Assembly: GCA_016933055.1 (NCBI GenBank)
Contig: JAFGBS010000009.1
Coordinates: 540,001-572,000, forward strand
DNA length: 32,000 bases
From: Promethearchaeota archaeon
Lineage (GTDB): Archaea > Asgardarchaeota > Lokiarchaeia > Sigyniarchaeales > Promethearchaeaceae
Direction of reading: 5' to 3'
Part shown: positions 1-9,844 of the stretch, piece by piece
Layout of the letters: each line of letters starts with the position of its first letter
Numbering within the stretch: position 1 is the first letter of the stretch
Translations under genes and position numbers: made by a program
The notes under the pieces: model-generated
Databases searched by the model: none
Told to the model about the DNA's origin: nothing
The model's input: the letters and a program-made list of their open reading frames with translations, nothing else

Positions 1-166
1 ATGCAATTTACAATTTATCGGGTAGCATAGATTTTAATTAATCAACATCTATTCTACCCTTTAAAACGAATAGGTAAACACTTTAACGTAATACTATCAT
101 AAAACAGCGAGATACGTATAAATCAGAATCAAATTACGATCCAATATCACGATTGATAGGTTTGTC

Positions 167-200
167 TATCCGAGGGTGGTCATAGACCACCCGATGGATA
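167..200. repeat. Inverted repeat / hairpin (TATCC-GA-GGGTGGTC-ATA-GACCACCC-GAT-GGATA)
   Basis: Perfect 8-bp stem 174-181/185-192, enclosed by TATCC 167-171 / GGATA 196-200. Confidence 0.7.
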
Positions 201-279
201 AGCGTAACAAAACCCAACAAAAAGGTAACAACTAAACATTTTTGCTTAAATACCCGATCAACTCAAAGAACTTAAGTAA

Positions 280-389
280 GAAGTGCGGGAACGTGGTCCA
301 ATTGGAAGAACCAAAGCCGAATGCGTAGCATGAGGTACCTATCCGATAGGATAGGTCCGATAGGATAGGCACCAAATTGACCGCACTTC
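280..389. other. Putative structured non-coding element of unknown class
   Basis: GAAGTGCGG 280-288 pairs with CCGCACTTC 381-389; inner CAATT 299-303 / AATTG 375-379; internal hairpins ATGC-GTA-GCAT and CCTATCC-GATA-GGATAGG; no ORF. Confidence 0.4.
342..369. repeat. Exact 14-bp tandem duplication (TCCGATAGGATAGG x2)
   Basis: Copies at 342-355 and 356-369. Confidence 0.9.
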
Positions 390-539
390 GTACTATATAC
401 CCTCTGTTCACCTATCCAATAGAATAGATGGATATCACAGCATAGAATTTAACTATGTAAAGAAAATCAAGCTTTATTAAAAGAGAAGTAGATAGGAGAT
501 TGATTTATAATTAAATCATAAAAATTAAAGGTATATAAA

Positions 540-1040
540 ATGGCAAATAGCGGAAAAGTATTGGCTCTTATCGGTGGTATTTTAACTCTTTTGGGGACAT
601 TTTTGTTCTCACTAATGGGAGATCCTGTTTCTGGGGTATATGTTTACGGATGGAGTATGCTGAACATTGATGATGTATTTATTTCGGCGGCCTCTCTTCC
701 TTTTGCAGATGGATGGATATGGTGGGTTATTGGTATTGTTGCAATTTTCTACTTTCTTTCCGGATTCATCCAGTTATTGGGAGTGAGATCCAGAATTGCA
801 GCATTATTAGGAGCATTAATCCCCCTAGCTGTAGCAGTATTTGTTGTTTTAGGATTTACTGGAGTATACATTGATATTGCTTTTATCATAGCAATAGTGT
901 TTTCTCGACCAGAACTAGCTACAGGTATCTTTCCTGTGAGTTTTGAATATTCCTTTATGGATCTTGGCTTAGGAGCAATTCTTATAGCTCTAGGGAGCTT
1001 GCTTGCTTTAATTAGTGTGTTCATGTCCCGTGAGGATTAA
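540..1040 (+). CDS. Hypothetical integral membrane protein (about 4 TM helices)
   Basis: 166-aa ORF with ATG start, long hydrophobic segments and a T-rich tract after the stop. Confidence 0.75.
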   Translation: MANSGKVLALIGGILTLLGTFLFSLMGDPVSGVYVYGWSMLNIDDVFISAASLPFADGWIWWVIGIVAIFYFLSGFIQLLGVRSRIAALLGALIPLAVAVFVVLGFTGVYIDIAFIIAIVFSRPELATGIFPVSFEYSFMDLGLGAILIALGSLLALISVFMSRED

Positions 1041-1050
1041 ATTCTCAATC

Positions 1051-1070
1051 TTTTTTTTCTGTTTCTTTTT
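1051..1070 (+). terminator. Oligo-T archaeal-type terminator
   Basis: TTTTTTTTCTGTTTCTTTTT 10 nt after the stop at 1040. Confidence 0.5.
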
Positions 1071-1241
1071 TAATATTCCTATTTTTACATCTGCGATATT
1101 CCTAGGTTTAAAATGGACTTATAGATAAAAACTGTCACTTGAGTGATTGAATTATTTTCAAAAAATCTTCCAATCGATCACATATAAGTTGGAGCGCCAT
1201 GGTTTTTATTTAAAGATTTTTCTAGAATAATAGGGGAGTTA

Positions 1242-1883
1242 TTGATAAAAATGCAGATTTTGAAAAAATTGCGTATTAAAAAGTTGCACCGTAAACATGC
1301 AACAGAATACAATGTAAAACATTTTAGTAGGTTGGTAACCCGTGCTTGGAGAGAAGATCCGCTTATCAAAGGATTTATACCGAATGCAAAGGAAAGAAGG
1401 CACTTTTTATATGCGTACAAAAAATTCTTAGTGACATTGGGATTTTTGAAAGGAGAAATATATACAACTGATGATATGAATGGGGTTGCTGTGTGGTATC
1501 CCTCCACAAATTCCGATTTTGATTTAAAGGATTTAATTAAGGCAGACATTGGAGATATGATTCGGAATACGAATCTGCTACTACTTTTAAAATTACTTAG
1601 AATGAATAAATTGACAGGTAGAATGCATAAAAAACATGCTCCCTTCCCACATTGGTATTTGAGTCAAATTGCAGTGGATCCAAATACGCAAAATTCAGGA
1701 TTGGGTAGTTTGTTACTTAAGCATAAATTTAATAATCCACAAAAATGGCCGATCTATCTAGATTGTTCAAATGAACGTGCACGGAAATTTTATGAGAAAC
1801 ACGGATTTAAAATGGTAGATAGTGCGAAATTGGATAAGAAACACATTCTATATGCAATGATTCGACATCCCGAGAATGCCTGA
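1242..1883 (+). CDS. GNAT family N-acetyltransferase
   Basis: Motif A-like WYLSQIAVDPNTQNSGLGSLLL and motif B-like N..ARKFYEKHGF; GVAVW strand. True start may be ATG 1251. Confidence 0.85.
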   Translation: MIKMQILKKLRIKKLHRKHATEYNVKHFSRLVTRAWREDPLIKGFIPNAKERRHFLYAYKKFLVTLGFLKGEIYTTDDMNGVAVWYPSTNSDFDLKDLIKADIGDMIRNTNLLLLLKLLRMNKLTGRMHKKHAPFPHWYLSQIAVDPNTQNSGLGSLLLKHKFNNPQKWPIYLDCSNERARKFYEKHGFKMVDSAKLDKKHILYAMIRHPENA

Positions 1884-1914
1884 TGTCGGATATTTCTACC
1901 TAAAAACCGAATTT

Positions 1915-2964
1915 TTATTTCATTACATTAAACAAGTGTCTTGTTCTATGTCTGTACACTTCATTAGGCTTTAATATAACCGATTCTCGAAATTTTAACA
2001 TATTAATCGCATTTGGTACACGTTGGGTTTCAAGACATACAGCGTTATGTTTTTTGCATGGGGTACCGTAAGATGTTAGATGTTCCATAAAATTTCCTGT
2101 GTATACCTGCAAGCAAGGTTCAGACGTCTCTACTGTCATTTTTCGACCAGTTTTAGGAGAATAAAGCATTGTTGCAGGAAATACATCTAATGCAGAATTT
2201 TCATAGAGATAATTTTCCAAGAAGAAATTATGATCTACATCTCCAAATCTCTTGAAAATAGTCTTGAAATCTTGTAATTTTGTTAAATTTATCGGAAATT
2301 CTTTAATCTCTCCGGTTGGGATAAGATCATCATTCACAACGCAATATTTTTTTGCATACAAAGCAATTTTCAAGTCATCAATCATTGTATGCGTCCCATT
2401 CAAATTCCAATAGGTGTGATTTGTAAGATTCACAATAGTTTTCTTATCAGTAGTAGCATGGAATTCCCATTCCAAAACCATAGGACGGATTCGATAAGAT
2501 ATCTTTGTTAGTAAATTGCCAGGATAGCCCTCTTCCCTCTCTTTACTAAGATATTGAAATGAGATTCGGATATCCTTATTTTTTATAAAAGTCTCTTCTT
2601 CGATATGCATCCACAATCTTTTATCAAATCCCTTGAAACCACCATGTAGTTGATGAATGTTCTTATAGTTTTTCGTTAGTTTATAGATTGTGCCATCTAA
2701 TTCAAAATGACCATTTTGAATTCGATTGGTAACTCTTCCAATCGTTGCTCCCATATAACCGGGAGATTCGATATAGGTTTTCGGATCTTCATGCCCATAT
2801 GTAATGGCATCAATCTTCCCTTTATTATCAGGGACTTGCACGGAAACAATGGATGCACCAAGTTCGCTAATCTCTACCTTAAATCCAGTATTGGGATCTT
2901 CAACGATAAAAAGATGAACATCTTTATTTTCCAGGATACCCCATTTTTTTTTAATTAGTTTCAA
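1915..2964 (-). CDS. galM: Aldose 1-epimerase (galactose mutarotase)
   Basis: Characteristic GATIGRVTNRI, LHGG, EEGYPGNL, NLTNHTYWNL, QVYTGN and CLETQ motifs. Confidence 0.93.
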   Translation of the reverse strand: MKLIKKKWGILENKDVHLFIVEDPNTGFKVEISELGASIVSVQVPDNKGKIDAITYGHEDPKTYIESPGYMGATIGRVTNRIQNGHFELDGTIYKLTKNYKNIHQLHGGFKGFDKRLWMHIEEETFIKNKDIRISFQYLSKEREEGYPGNLLTKISYRIRPMVLEWEFHATTDKKTIVNLTNHTYWNLNGTHTMIDDLKIALYAKKYCVVNDDLIPTGEIKEFPINLTKLQDFKTIFKRFGDVDHNFFLENYLYENSALDVFPATMLYSPKTGRKMTVETSEPCLQVYTGNFMEHLTSYGTPCKKHNAVCLETQRVPNAINMLKFRESVILKPNEVYRHRTRHLFNVMK

Positions 2965-3164
2965 GTTAACACCTTAACAAGTTTTGATATTATAAAGATA
3001 AATTATCTGGAAAACCGAATAAAAATTGCGATCGAGATAGTTATCTCAAAAATGTGTTTATGTGAATGTGGGGGCGAGATCTCTAAACACCTAATAATGA
3101 AATACATAGCGATAATAAGGTCGAGAACCTAAAATTTTTATATGAATTGGAATGGAAAATTATC

Positions 3165-3728
3165 ATGAGAAAGCATCAATACGGAAGATTTATGATTGAA
3201 TTAGCAAAAGGAGATATAAGCAATTTGCGAGTTGATGCAATAGTCAATGCTGCTAATACTCAACTAGTTTTAGGTTCTGGGGTCGCTGGAGCAATTCGTC
3301 GAAATGGGGGTCCAAAAATCCAAATCGAATGCAATGAGCTTGCACCAATCAATACCGGAGAAGCCGTAGTAACTAGTGGGGGAAAATTAATGGCAAAATA
3401 TGTGATACATGCAGTAGGGCCTATTTATCATCAATATACACCCCATAAAGCGGAAGAATTACTAAAAGATGCAGTGTTAAACTCGCTAAATTTTATACGA
3501 TTAAAAAAATTAAATACCATTGCTTTACCCGCAATTTCTGCGGGTGTCTACGGATTTCCTGCAGCAAAGTGTGCTGAAGTAATGTTTTCTGCCGTATTTG
3601 ACTATATCGAAAAATATAGCGACACTAGCAGCAACAGATTAGTAAAAATCATTTTTTGTCTATATGATCAAACAATGTATAATATATTTGATGAGGAATT
3701 TGAAATAAGGATAGAAAAGGAATTATAA
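3165..3728 (+). CDS. Macro domain protein (O-acetyl-ADP-ribose deacetylase, YmdB-like)
   Basis: KGDI, DAIVNAAN, GSGVAGAI, VIHAVGP and PAISAGVYGFP macrodomain motifs; ATG 3165 preferred over TTG 3147. Confidence 0.93.
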   Translation: MRKHQYGRFMIELAKGDISNLRVDAIVNAANTQLVLGSGVAGAIRRNGGPKIQIECNELAPINTGEAVVTSGGKLMAKYVIHAVGPIYHQYTPHKAEELLKDAVLNSLNFIRLKKLNTIALPAISAGVYGFPAAKCAEVMFSAVFDYIEKYSDTSSNRLVKIIFCLYDQTMYNIFDEEFEIRIEKEL

Positions 3729-6455
3729 ATTTTCATTAAAATGCAACTTTTGGTAGAGGTCTTCAAGACTATTTTTAATATCCACATTCTCAGGATCCAA
3801 CGTTAATTTCTTTTTATAAGCGGGAATTTCGTCTACGTTTACATCAATATCCATGATAATTTGTTTCCATTTTTCGAAATCAGAAAGAATTGCAGTTCCA
3901 TCTATCTTTTCTGAAGTTTCTTCTTGATCTAATAGATCTCCGAATGTCATTTCCCCGGCATCATCCATTGAATCGAAAGATTTCTCTGCTTTTTTTATAG
4001 CACGTTTTAGATTCTTCTCCCATGCTGATAATTCATCTAATACTCGTTTTTTAACTAAGAAATCTTTTCGTTTAATATCTCCAGGACGGATATTTTCTTT
4101 ATTCATGTAAATGTCCTTAACTTTTTGATACACGGTTCGCATTATTTTCACATAATCATTAAGCATTTCTTGAGCATTCAGACGATCATCGTCATATTGC
4201 TTTACTATTAATGCATCTTCTGATCGAAACTCTCCTGTATTTGGATCATATTCACCGATTAAATTCCCAGAGTCTACGAGTTTTTCTAAGATGGTTAACG
4301 CATAAGCACGAAATTCATCTCTGATTTCATCCTCTGGAAATAATGTTTCCATGGTGATGAAATCTTTATTGAAGAATATACGATCTCGAATGCCTGCATC
4401 TGTAATAAAGAAGTCATCATTGACAAAAATACCCATCAGACTTTTCTCCTCCGATAATTCAGAAATAATCTCAAAAAGCATATGCTCACTAAAATTAAGT
4501 TGATGTGATAAATCTGAAACAAATAACTCGTGCTTTTTATAAGCGATATCCAAGATTTTATTGGTAATTTCTTTCTTTCGTCGTTCAATTTGTTTGGGAT
4601 CAAATATCATCATGTTTTGCTGAATTAAGTACTCTACACCGAGTTCGTTAACAAAAGTAATGAAATCCTCCCGTTTCATACCTAATGCACGACTGTATTT
4701 ACTTAGGTCAATAGAGGGTTTGTTTTTTATTTGATTGATGATCTCTGCTCGTTCTTGATTTAAATTGGTTGTTATGGTTTCACTATCAATATTTAATTCC
4801 ATAGCTAGGGATTGAACGAACTCATCTTTTGCTTCAGTTTTCCCCTGTTGCTTCATTTTCTGCTTTATATATTTATTGAGATAGAATATATTCCCGGTTT
4901 TATCCCAGACACCAGGAATAGTTTTAATCCAACTAGAAAATATTTCTTTGACAATAGATTCAGGAATATTTTCCTCTTCCATTATTTTAGGCAAATTTAT
5001 ATAACCGACTGTTTCCCCTTGTTTGAATCTTGCAGAAAGACGGGTATAACCAATATTGGTTAACCATCGTAATTCTTCATGGTATTCTGTGAAGAATTTC
5101 TCTTTGCATTCTTTTTCAATTAATGTATAATCTTCAGGAAGATAACTCGTTTTGTATTCCGATAAATCACAAATACTTTCCTTTACACAAATTCGTTCAA
5201 TTTCTTTTATTACCTTTGACAGAGTAAGGAAATAGCTCTTATTTTTAGAATAAATTCCTTTGAATTTCGTTTCTTTATTGATTGCATCGGCAATTTGAAC
5301 AATGAAATCGTAATTGATATATTTTGCATAATCGTCCAAATTAACCTCTCCATTCTGCCGAATATCATTCATCATGGATTCTTTTATGGATTCATATGAA
5401 TAAAAATGAGATTTTGAAAGATAACCTCGTATATATTTCGCTTTTACAAGTTTTTTCACAAGTAAATTAAGTAAAGAAATCGTATCAAGAGTATCCGTTC
5501 CCAGCATGAGTAATAAATCTTCAATGCGTACTTGTTGGGAGAGTAATTTGATAAGCGGTTCGGTTTCAATTTCAATAAAATATTTTTTCTTATCTTGATA
5601 GAAGAAACGGAAAATATCTGTATCTCCTGATATTTCTCTAAATTTTTCTTCCACTTCACTCGTATCCATTTTCTCTTCTTGTGAGATCTTATTTATATCA
5701 TAAATTTTTATTAGAGGATAGCGATTTTCGAGGAGTGCAATAACCTCATTCTTCATTATGTTTTGTTCAGTTTTCAAAAAGTACTCTAATTGTTTTAATC
5801 CAGTGCTTAGAAATTGCAGTATTTTTTCTTCTTTTTCTCGGATAGATGTCTCTTTATAAATTTTAGACAGCATCTCGAAAACGCTTTCCATCATGGGTAA
5901 TGTTTTTTTCCACAGCTTGGATAAAATATGTAAAATTGCTTCAATGACAGAATTATGTTCGGTTTCGTCTAAAATTTCAGTTAATCTATTGATTTTGGAG
6001 GAAAAATAGGGATAATATTCTTCCGGTAACTCTTCAATAAAGAACAATGCATTGCTCTGTATTTCTACAATTTTATCCTCTAATAATTCGGCAAATGTGT
6101 CTATTAATTTTCCTTTTACGGGTTCATCTTTCTCGATTTTTTTCAACATTAGTGTACCCAATAAAATTACAGCATCTAAACGGATCTCATCTATTTTTGA
6201 TGTAACTATTTCCCTTAATGGTTCTATGAGATCTATGGTCAGCACGTCAGGAAATTCATCCATCAAGGTAAGAAACACTTCTAATGCTTCTTTGCATTCC
6301 GTGGAGTTTTTATCAAAGGCGAGAAAAGGTTTGAGTGCTTCGACTATTTTATCTAATTTCGCCAATTTGTTCTTAATCTGAATCAGATTTATCTGTTTAA
6401 CGATCTTTTGTATTTCCTCAGTTTCAAAACTATCGATTTCAAACACTATGTTCAC
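3723..6455 (-). CDS. 910-aa hypothetical protein: N-terminal HEAT-like repeats, tandem winged-helix-like repeats, C-terminal helical region
   Basis: Long uninterrupted ORF; HEAT-like SKIDEIRLDAVILLG and DKIVEIQSNALFFI; repeated G-x-(Y/W/F)-D/S..F(Y/L)T wing motifs. Confidence 0.85.
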   Translation of the reverse strand: MNIVFEIDSFETEEIQKIVKQINLIQIKNKLAKLDKIVEALKPFLAFDKNSTECKEALEVFLTLMDEFPDVLTIDLIEPLREIVTSKIDEIRLDAVILLGTLMLKKIEKDEPVKGKLIDTFAELLEDKIVEIQSNALFFIEELPEEYYPYFSSKINRLTEILDETEHNSVIEAILHILSKLWKKTLPMMESVFEMLSKIYKETSIREKEEKILQFLSTGLKQLEYFLKTEQNIMKNEVIALLENRYPLIKIYDINKISQEEKMDTSEVEEKFREISGDTDIFRFFYQDKKKYFIEIETEPLIKLLSQQVRIEDLLLMLGTDTLDTISLLNLLVKKLVKAKYIRGYLSKSHFYSYESIKESMMNDIRQNGEVNLDDYAKYINYDFIVQIADAINKETKFKGIYSKNKSYFLTLSKVIKEIERICVKESICDLSEYKTSYLPEDYTLIEKECKEKFFTEYHEELRWLTNIGYTRLSARFKQGETVGYINLPKIMEEENIPESIVKEIFSSWIKTIPGVWDKTGNIFYLNKYIKQKMKQQGKTEAKDEFVQSLAMELNIDSETITTNLNQERAEIINQIKNKPSIDLSKYSRALGMKREDFITFVNELGVEYLIQQNMMIFDPKQIERRKKEITNKILDIAYKKHELFVSDLSHQLNFSEHMLFEIISELSEEKSLMGIFVNDDFFITDAGIRDRIFFNKDFITMETLFPEDEIRDEFRAYALTILEKLVDSGNLIGEYDPNTGEFRSEDALIVKQYDDDRLNAQEMLNDYVKIMRTVYQKVKDIYMNKENIRPGDIKRKDFLVKKRVLDELSAWEKNLKRAIKKAEKSFDSMDDAGEMTFGDLLDQEETSEKIDGTAILSDFEKWKQIIMDIDVNVDEIPAYKKKLTLDPENVDIKNSLEDLYQKLHFNENL

Positions 6456-6518
6456 TAGAGTTCTGTATTTAGTAGAAAAATAAAACCTTCAACATAAATT
6501 TTACTTCGTTTTTAGGAA

Positions 6519-7259
6519 TTAAATTTGGAACAACTCTGAAATTGATAATATTTCCTTCAAAGTCGGGATTATAAAATCGGGATTTGCATTCTGTAATTCT
6601 TTTTCTGTCGAATTTCCAGTCAAGACGGCAATGCTTTTCACTCCTGCCCGTTGTGCAGTTTTAACATCGGAAACATTATCTCCCACGAAAAAAACTCTCT
6701 TTTTATCAATAGGTGCAGCAAAATTGAGGTTCTTTTTAATTCTCCACAACACCAATAATAAAATCCTTGGATTTGGTTTAATTCCATAGAGTTTTCTGTC
6801 ATCTCGAGTGGAATAAGCAGTAATTAAAGAGGATAGCGTATATTTCGTTAACCATTGATAAATCCTTCTCTTTTCCGAATTGGAACAAATTCCAATTATT
6901 GCATGCTTAGCTAATTCGGTCAACGTGGATTTCACATAGGGAAATAATTTAGAATATGTAATTTCAGATTTTTGAAAACTGTACCGGAAAGAAAGTAAAA
7001 AACGGATGCGATCAAAAGGATTTGGGAGAATGTCTTTGAATTTAGAAAAAATTTTATATGCATTTTTAAAATCTTTGTCCGAATTAATATTCTCAACTCT
7101 TCGAATCAGGTCTAAGGTGGTATATTTTTTTAATTGCTCTTTATCCCATGCGTATCTATCATCTTTTAATAGACGAAGTATAGCCAATCTTGCTCCAATC
7201 GATGGAAGAATAACGCCATCAAAATCCATAATGATAATTGGAGGATGAGATTGCCTCAT
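6519..7259 (-). CDS. HAD-superfamily hydrolase (phosphoglycolate phosphatase-like)
   Basis: Motif I DFDGVI, motif II ICSN, motif III KPNP, motif IV FVGDNVSD; ATGA overlap with the upstream FAH gene. Confidence 0.88.
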   Translation of the reverse strand: MRQSHPPIIIMDFDGVILPSIGARLAILRLLKDDRYAWDKEQLKKYTTLDLIRRVENINSDKDFKNAYKIFSKFKDILPNPFDRIRFLLSFRYSFQKSEITYSKLFPYVKSTLTELAKHAIIGICSNSEKRRIYQWLTKYTLSSLITAYSTRDDRKLYGIKPNPRILLLVLWRIKKNLNFAAPIDKKRVFFVGDNVSDVKTAQRAGVKSIAVLTGNSTEKELQNANPDFIIPTLKEILSISELFQI

Positions 7260-7954
7260 TCTGCTTGCACGTGATTTCTTAATATACCAATTTTTTGGAT
7301 TTCTATTTCGATAATATCTCCCACTGCAAGGGGTCCAATACCTGATGGGGTACCTGTTGCGATTATATCACCAGGGTATAAGGTAAAAAACTTGGATATA
7401 AATTCTAAGACATAATCAACCTTGAAAATCATATCTGAAGTATTCGTTTTTTGAACAACGGTGTTATTTTGCCTAGTCAATAATTGTAAATCATTAGGTT
7501 CACCAATATCGTTGTGTAGTACTAAATTTGGACCAATTGCTCCAAATGTATCAAAACTTTTACTTTTAAACCAAGGCCATGATTTACTTCTATCATGTAA
7601 TTGTAAGTCTCTTGCAGTAATATCATTAAAACAAGAATATCCAAAAATATATTCTGCGTATTGTTTTCGTGGAATATTTTTTCCCTTTTTTCCAATAATC
7701 ACCGCTAGTTCCCCTTCATAATCTACTCGTTCTAATCCAATTTGATGTAGAATTTTGGGAAAAATGATAGGATCCTCGTGACCGATAAGTGTATTGGGTG
7801 TTTTTGGAAATAGTAATGGCTCTTTTGGTGGCTCTCTATTTGTTTCTGCGGCATGTGCTGCATAATTAAGACCTAAACATATAATTTTGGACGGGTTCAC
7901 GTGATAATCCTTTTCTGTTCCCATAATAGGTAATGTAATAATTTGATTAGTCAT
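7256..7954 (-). CDS. Fumarylacetoacetate hydrolase family protein
   Basis: KIICLGLNYAAH, DYEGELAVIIGK, NDITARD, KSFDTF and GDIIATGTPSG motifs. Confidence 0.93.
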   Translation of the reverse strand: MTNQIITLPIMGTEKDYHVNPSKIICLGLNYAAHAAETNREPPKEPLLFPKTPNTLIGHEDPIIFPKILHQIGLERVDYEGELAVIIGKKGKNIPRKQYAEYIFGYSCFNDITARDLQLHDRSKSWPWFKSKSFDTFGAIGPNLVLHNDIGEPNDLQLLTRQNNTVVQKTNTSDMIFKVDYVLEFISKFFTLYPGDIIATGTPSGIGPLAVGDIIEIEIQKIGILRNHVQAE

Positions 7955-8077
7955 GAATTAACCTCGATTTCTGATTTGTACTAATCCAAATTCTCGGAAA
8001 GTTTTAATCTTTAACACAGTGAATCTCAAAAAATTTTAATCTATTGCATGATAGATCCCTTTGAGTGAATAATTTAT

Positions 8078-8356
8078 ATGCCAAAAAAGAGAAAAAATTC
8101 GGGAAAAGGTCAATCCGGAAAAAATGTTCCAGTACAATGTAGTCGATGTGGTCGATTAGTTCCACGTAGTAAAGCAAAAAAGGTAACGAGACCAACTCGA
8201 CTCATGGAAGGAGTCATAGCTAAAGAGCTAAGACAAGCTGGAGCAATATTACCTAATAATAAGAGTACAAGATGGTTATGCGTTTCTTGTGCAGTACATA
8301 GTCACACTGTTAAGATTCGAAGCGCTGATGATCGAAAGAAAAAAGGACGATTGTAA
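8078..8356 (+). CDS. rps26e: Small ribosomal subunit protein eS26
   Basis: MPKKRKNSG N-terminus, VQCSRCGRLVPRSKA, CVSCAVHS..VKIRS..DRK zinc-finger pattern. Confidence 0.95.
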   Translation: MPKKRKNSGKGQSGKNVPVQCSRCGRLVPRSKAKKVTRPTRLMEGVIAKELRQAGAILPNNKSTRWLCVSCAVHSHTVKIRSADDRKKKGRL

Positions 8357-8371
8357 ACTCCTGTCTTATTT

Positions 8372-9049
8372 TTAGTCTTTTCCTTCACGTGGATTACTTA
8401 ACCACTTGTAACTGTGAATTATTCGTACTATTACGGTATAAATACATAAAATAAGGTATATGCAGAATATTATAGAAAAGAATAGTCCATTATAACTGGG
8501 GATTAATCCTCTTAGTATAGCTTCTATAATGTATCCAATTAGGAGAAAAAAAAACCGTTCTCCTCGTTCCATCAATCCAATTCCTTCCATCTTTACACCC
8601 TCATTTTCAGCTCGTGACCGAGTGTAACTAATAACAATACTAATCGATAAGCCAATGTAACCCAAAACATTATTTATTTGGAGACCCCCTCCCCAACTTA
8701 TATTCCAATACATATTACCGAGCATTAATCCGATCAATATCGCAGAATCTCCAAATCTATCTAATGTGGAATCTAAAAATCCCCCAAATTTTGAAATAGA
8801 TCCCGATTCTCGAGCAACTCCTCCATCAATCAGATCCAAATATCCTGAGATAAAAAATAACGATGGTGGTACCCATCCCCATATCGAATCGATGAAATAT
8901 TGGGGTAGTGCGAAACAGATACCAGCTAATATTGCAAATCCCATTCCTAAAAAAGATAAGATATTTGGTTTTATTCCAATTCGAACAAGGAACTTGACTT
9001 GACTAGAAATTATCTTGTCCGCTATATGTCGAAATTTATTCAGAACCAT
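8372..9049 (-). CDS. CDP-alcohol phosphatidyltransferase (archaetidylinositol phosphate synthase-like)
   Basis: D-x2-DG-x2-AR...G-x3-D-x3-D motif (DLIDGGVAR...GGFLDSTLDR), SYTRSRAE, GLMERGER. Confidence 0.9.
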   Translation of the reverse strand: MVLNKFRHIADKIISSQVKFLVRIGIKPNILSFLGMGFAILAGICFALPQYFIDSIWGWVPPSLFFISGYLDLIDGGVARESGSISKFGGFLDSTLDRFGDSAILIGLMLGNMYWNISWGGGLQINNVLGYIGLSISIVISYTRSRAENEGVKMEGIGLMERGERFFFLLIGYIIEAILRGLIPSYNGLFFSIIFCIYLILCIYTVIVRIIHSYKWLSNPREGKD

Positions 9050-9087
9050 TAGAATACACTATATAGAATTCTATAAAACATCACGGA

Positions 9088-9729
9088 TTATGAGATGATT
9101 TGATTTTTCCATAGGATCCACTTCACTAAGGTTATTGTAGTAGAACTTAAATATGAGGTAGTTCCCAGTGAAATCCTTTTTATTTTTGGTGAAAATTGCT
9201 CCAGCTCAAGGTGTGAAAATCCTTTTTGATCTCCTAATATAAAGCACATTTTTTTAGGAACTTTCGGGATACCTAAGTTAAATTCCTTAATCAGTGTACC
9301 TCCCTCAACTAATAGATATGAATCAACATCATTATTAGCCAAAAAAGCAGTGCATTCATAAATATTTAGGTCAACAAGCCTGTCAAACAACGTATTTTTC
9401 TGTGTTGTACTATCAACATTCTTGCAAGATGAGTAAAATGCTTTCAATAAACTATGTTCCGAAGCATTTTTACAGGATATTCTAGTAAAAAAAGGAGAAT
9501 TGGTAGAAATCATAAATCCATTGAAATTAAGTGGGGGATGATTAAGATATCGACTTAATTCTGACAAAAAGGTTGAATTAGGGAATAAGATGAATGCAAT
9601 ATTTGAATTATAGCCGTTTGGATTAAATAAGGCACTTTTCATCACTCTCATAATTACATCCGCTCTTCCGGTTGAGGTAGGAACATTTCTTAGATCATAT
9701 CCTTCAAATCTCACGGTACTTGAGCACAT
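9088..9729 (-). CDS. trmY: SPOUT methyltransferase, tRNA pseudouridine-54 N1-methyltransferase-like
   Basis: N-terminal GRADVIMRVMKSALF resembles TrmY GRxDxxxR; C-terminal knot FILGDQKGF...ISLG..SYLSSTTITLV. The frame stays open upstream to 9786, so the start is uncertain. Confidence 0.72.
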   Translation of the reverse strand: MCSSTVRFEGYDLRNVPTSTGRADVIMRVMKSALFNPNGYNSNIAFILFPNSTFLSELSRYLNHPPLNFNGFMISTNSPFFTRISCKNASEHSLLKAFYSSCKNVDSTTQKNTLFDRLVDLNIYECTAFLANNDVDSYLLVEGGTLIKEFNLGIPKVPKKMCFILGDQKGFSHLELEQFSPKIKRISLGTTSYLSSTTITLVKWILWKNQIIS

Positions 9730-9844
9730 AATAAAAATAATTTCAGGAAATGCATTGATTTGAATAATTATTTCACCGATATCAGATCAAAAAGTAGAAA
9801 TGGTGCGTATGATATTAATTCTATGGGGAATTCGATGAAGAACA

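Noticed and set aside
280-395. Cobalamin riboswitch or group II intron 5' end (GTGCG, GGGAA, CCGCAC)
   Set aside because: Motif spacing is wrong and the B12 box and intron domains are absent
3723-3728. Convergent genes sharing a palindromic TTATAA stop overlap
   Set aside because: Real, but a common outcome of compact gene packing with no evidence of function
9787-9789. In-frame TGA upstream of trmY as selenocysteine
   Set aside because: The upstream frame shows no protein-like similarity and TrmY has no Cys/Sec there
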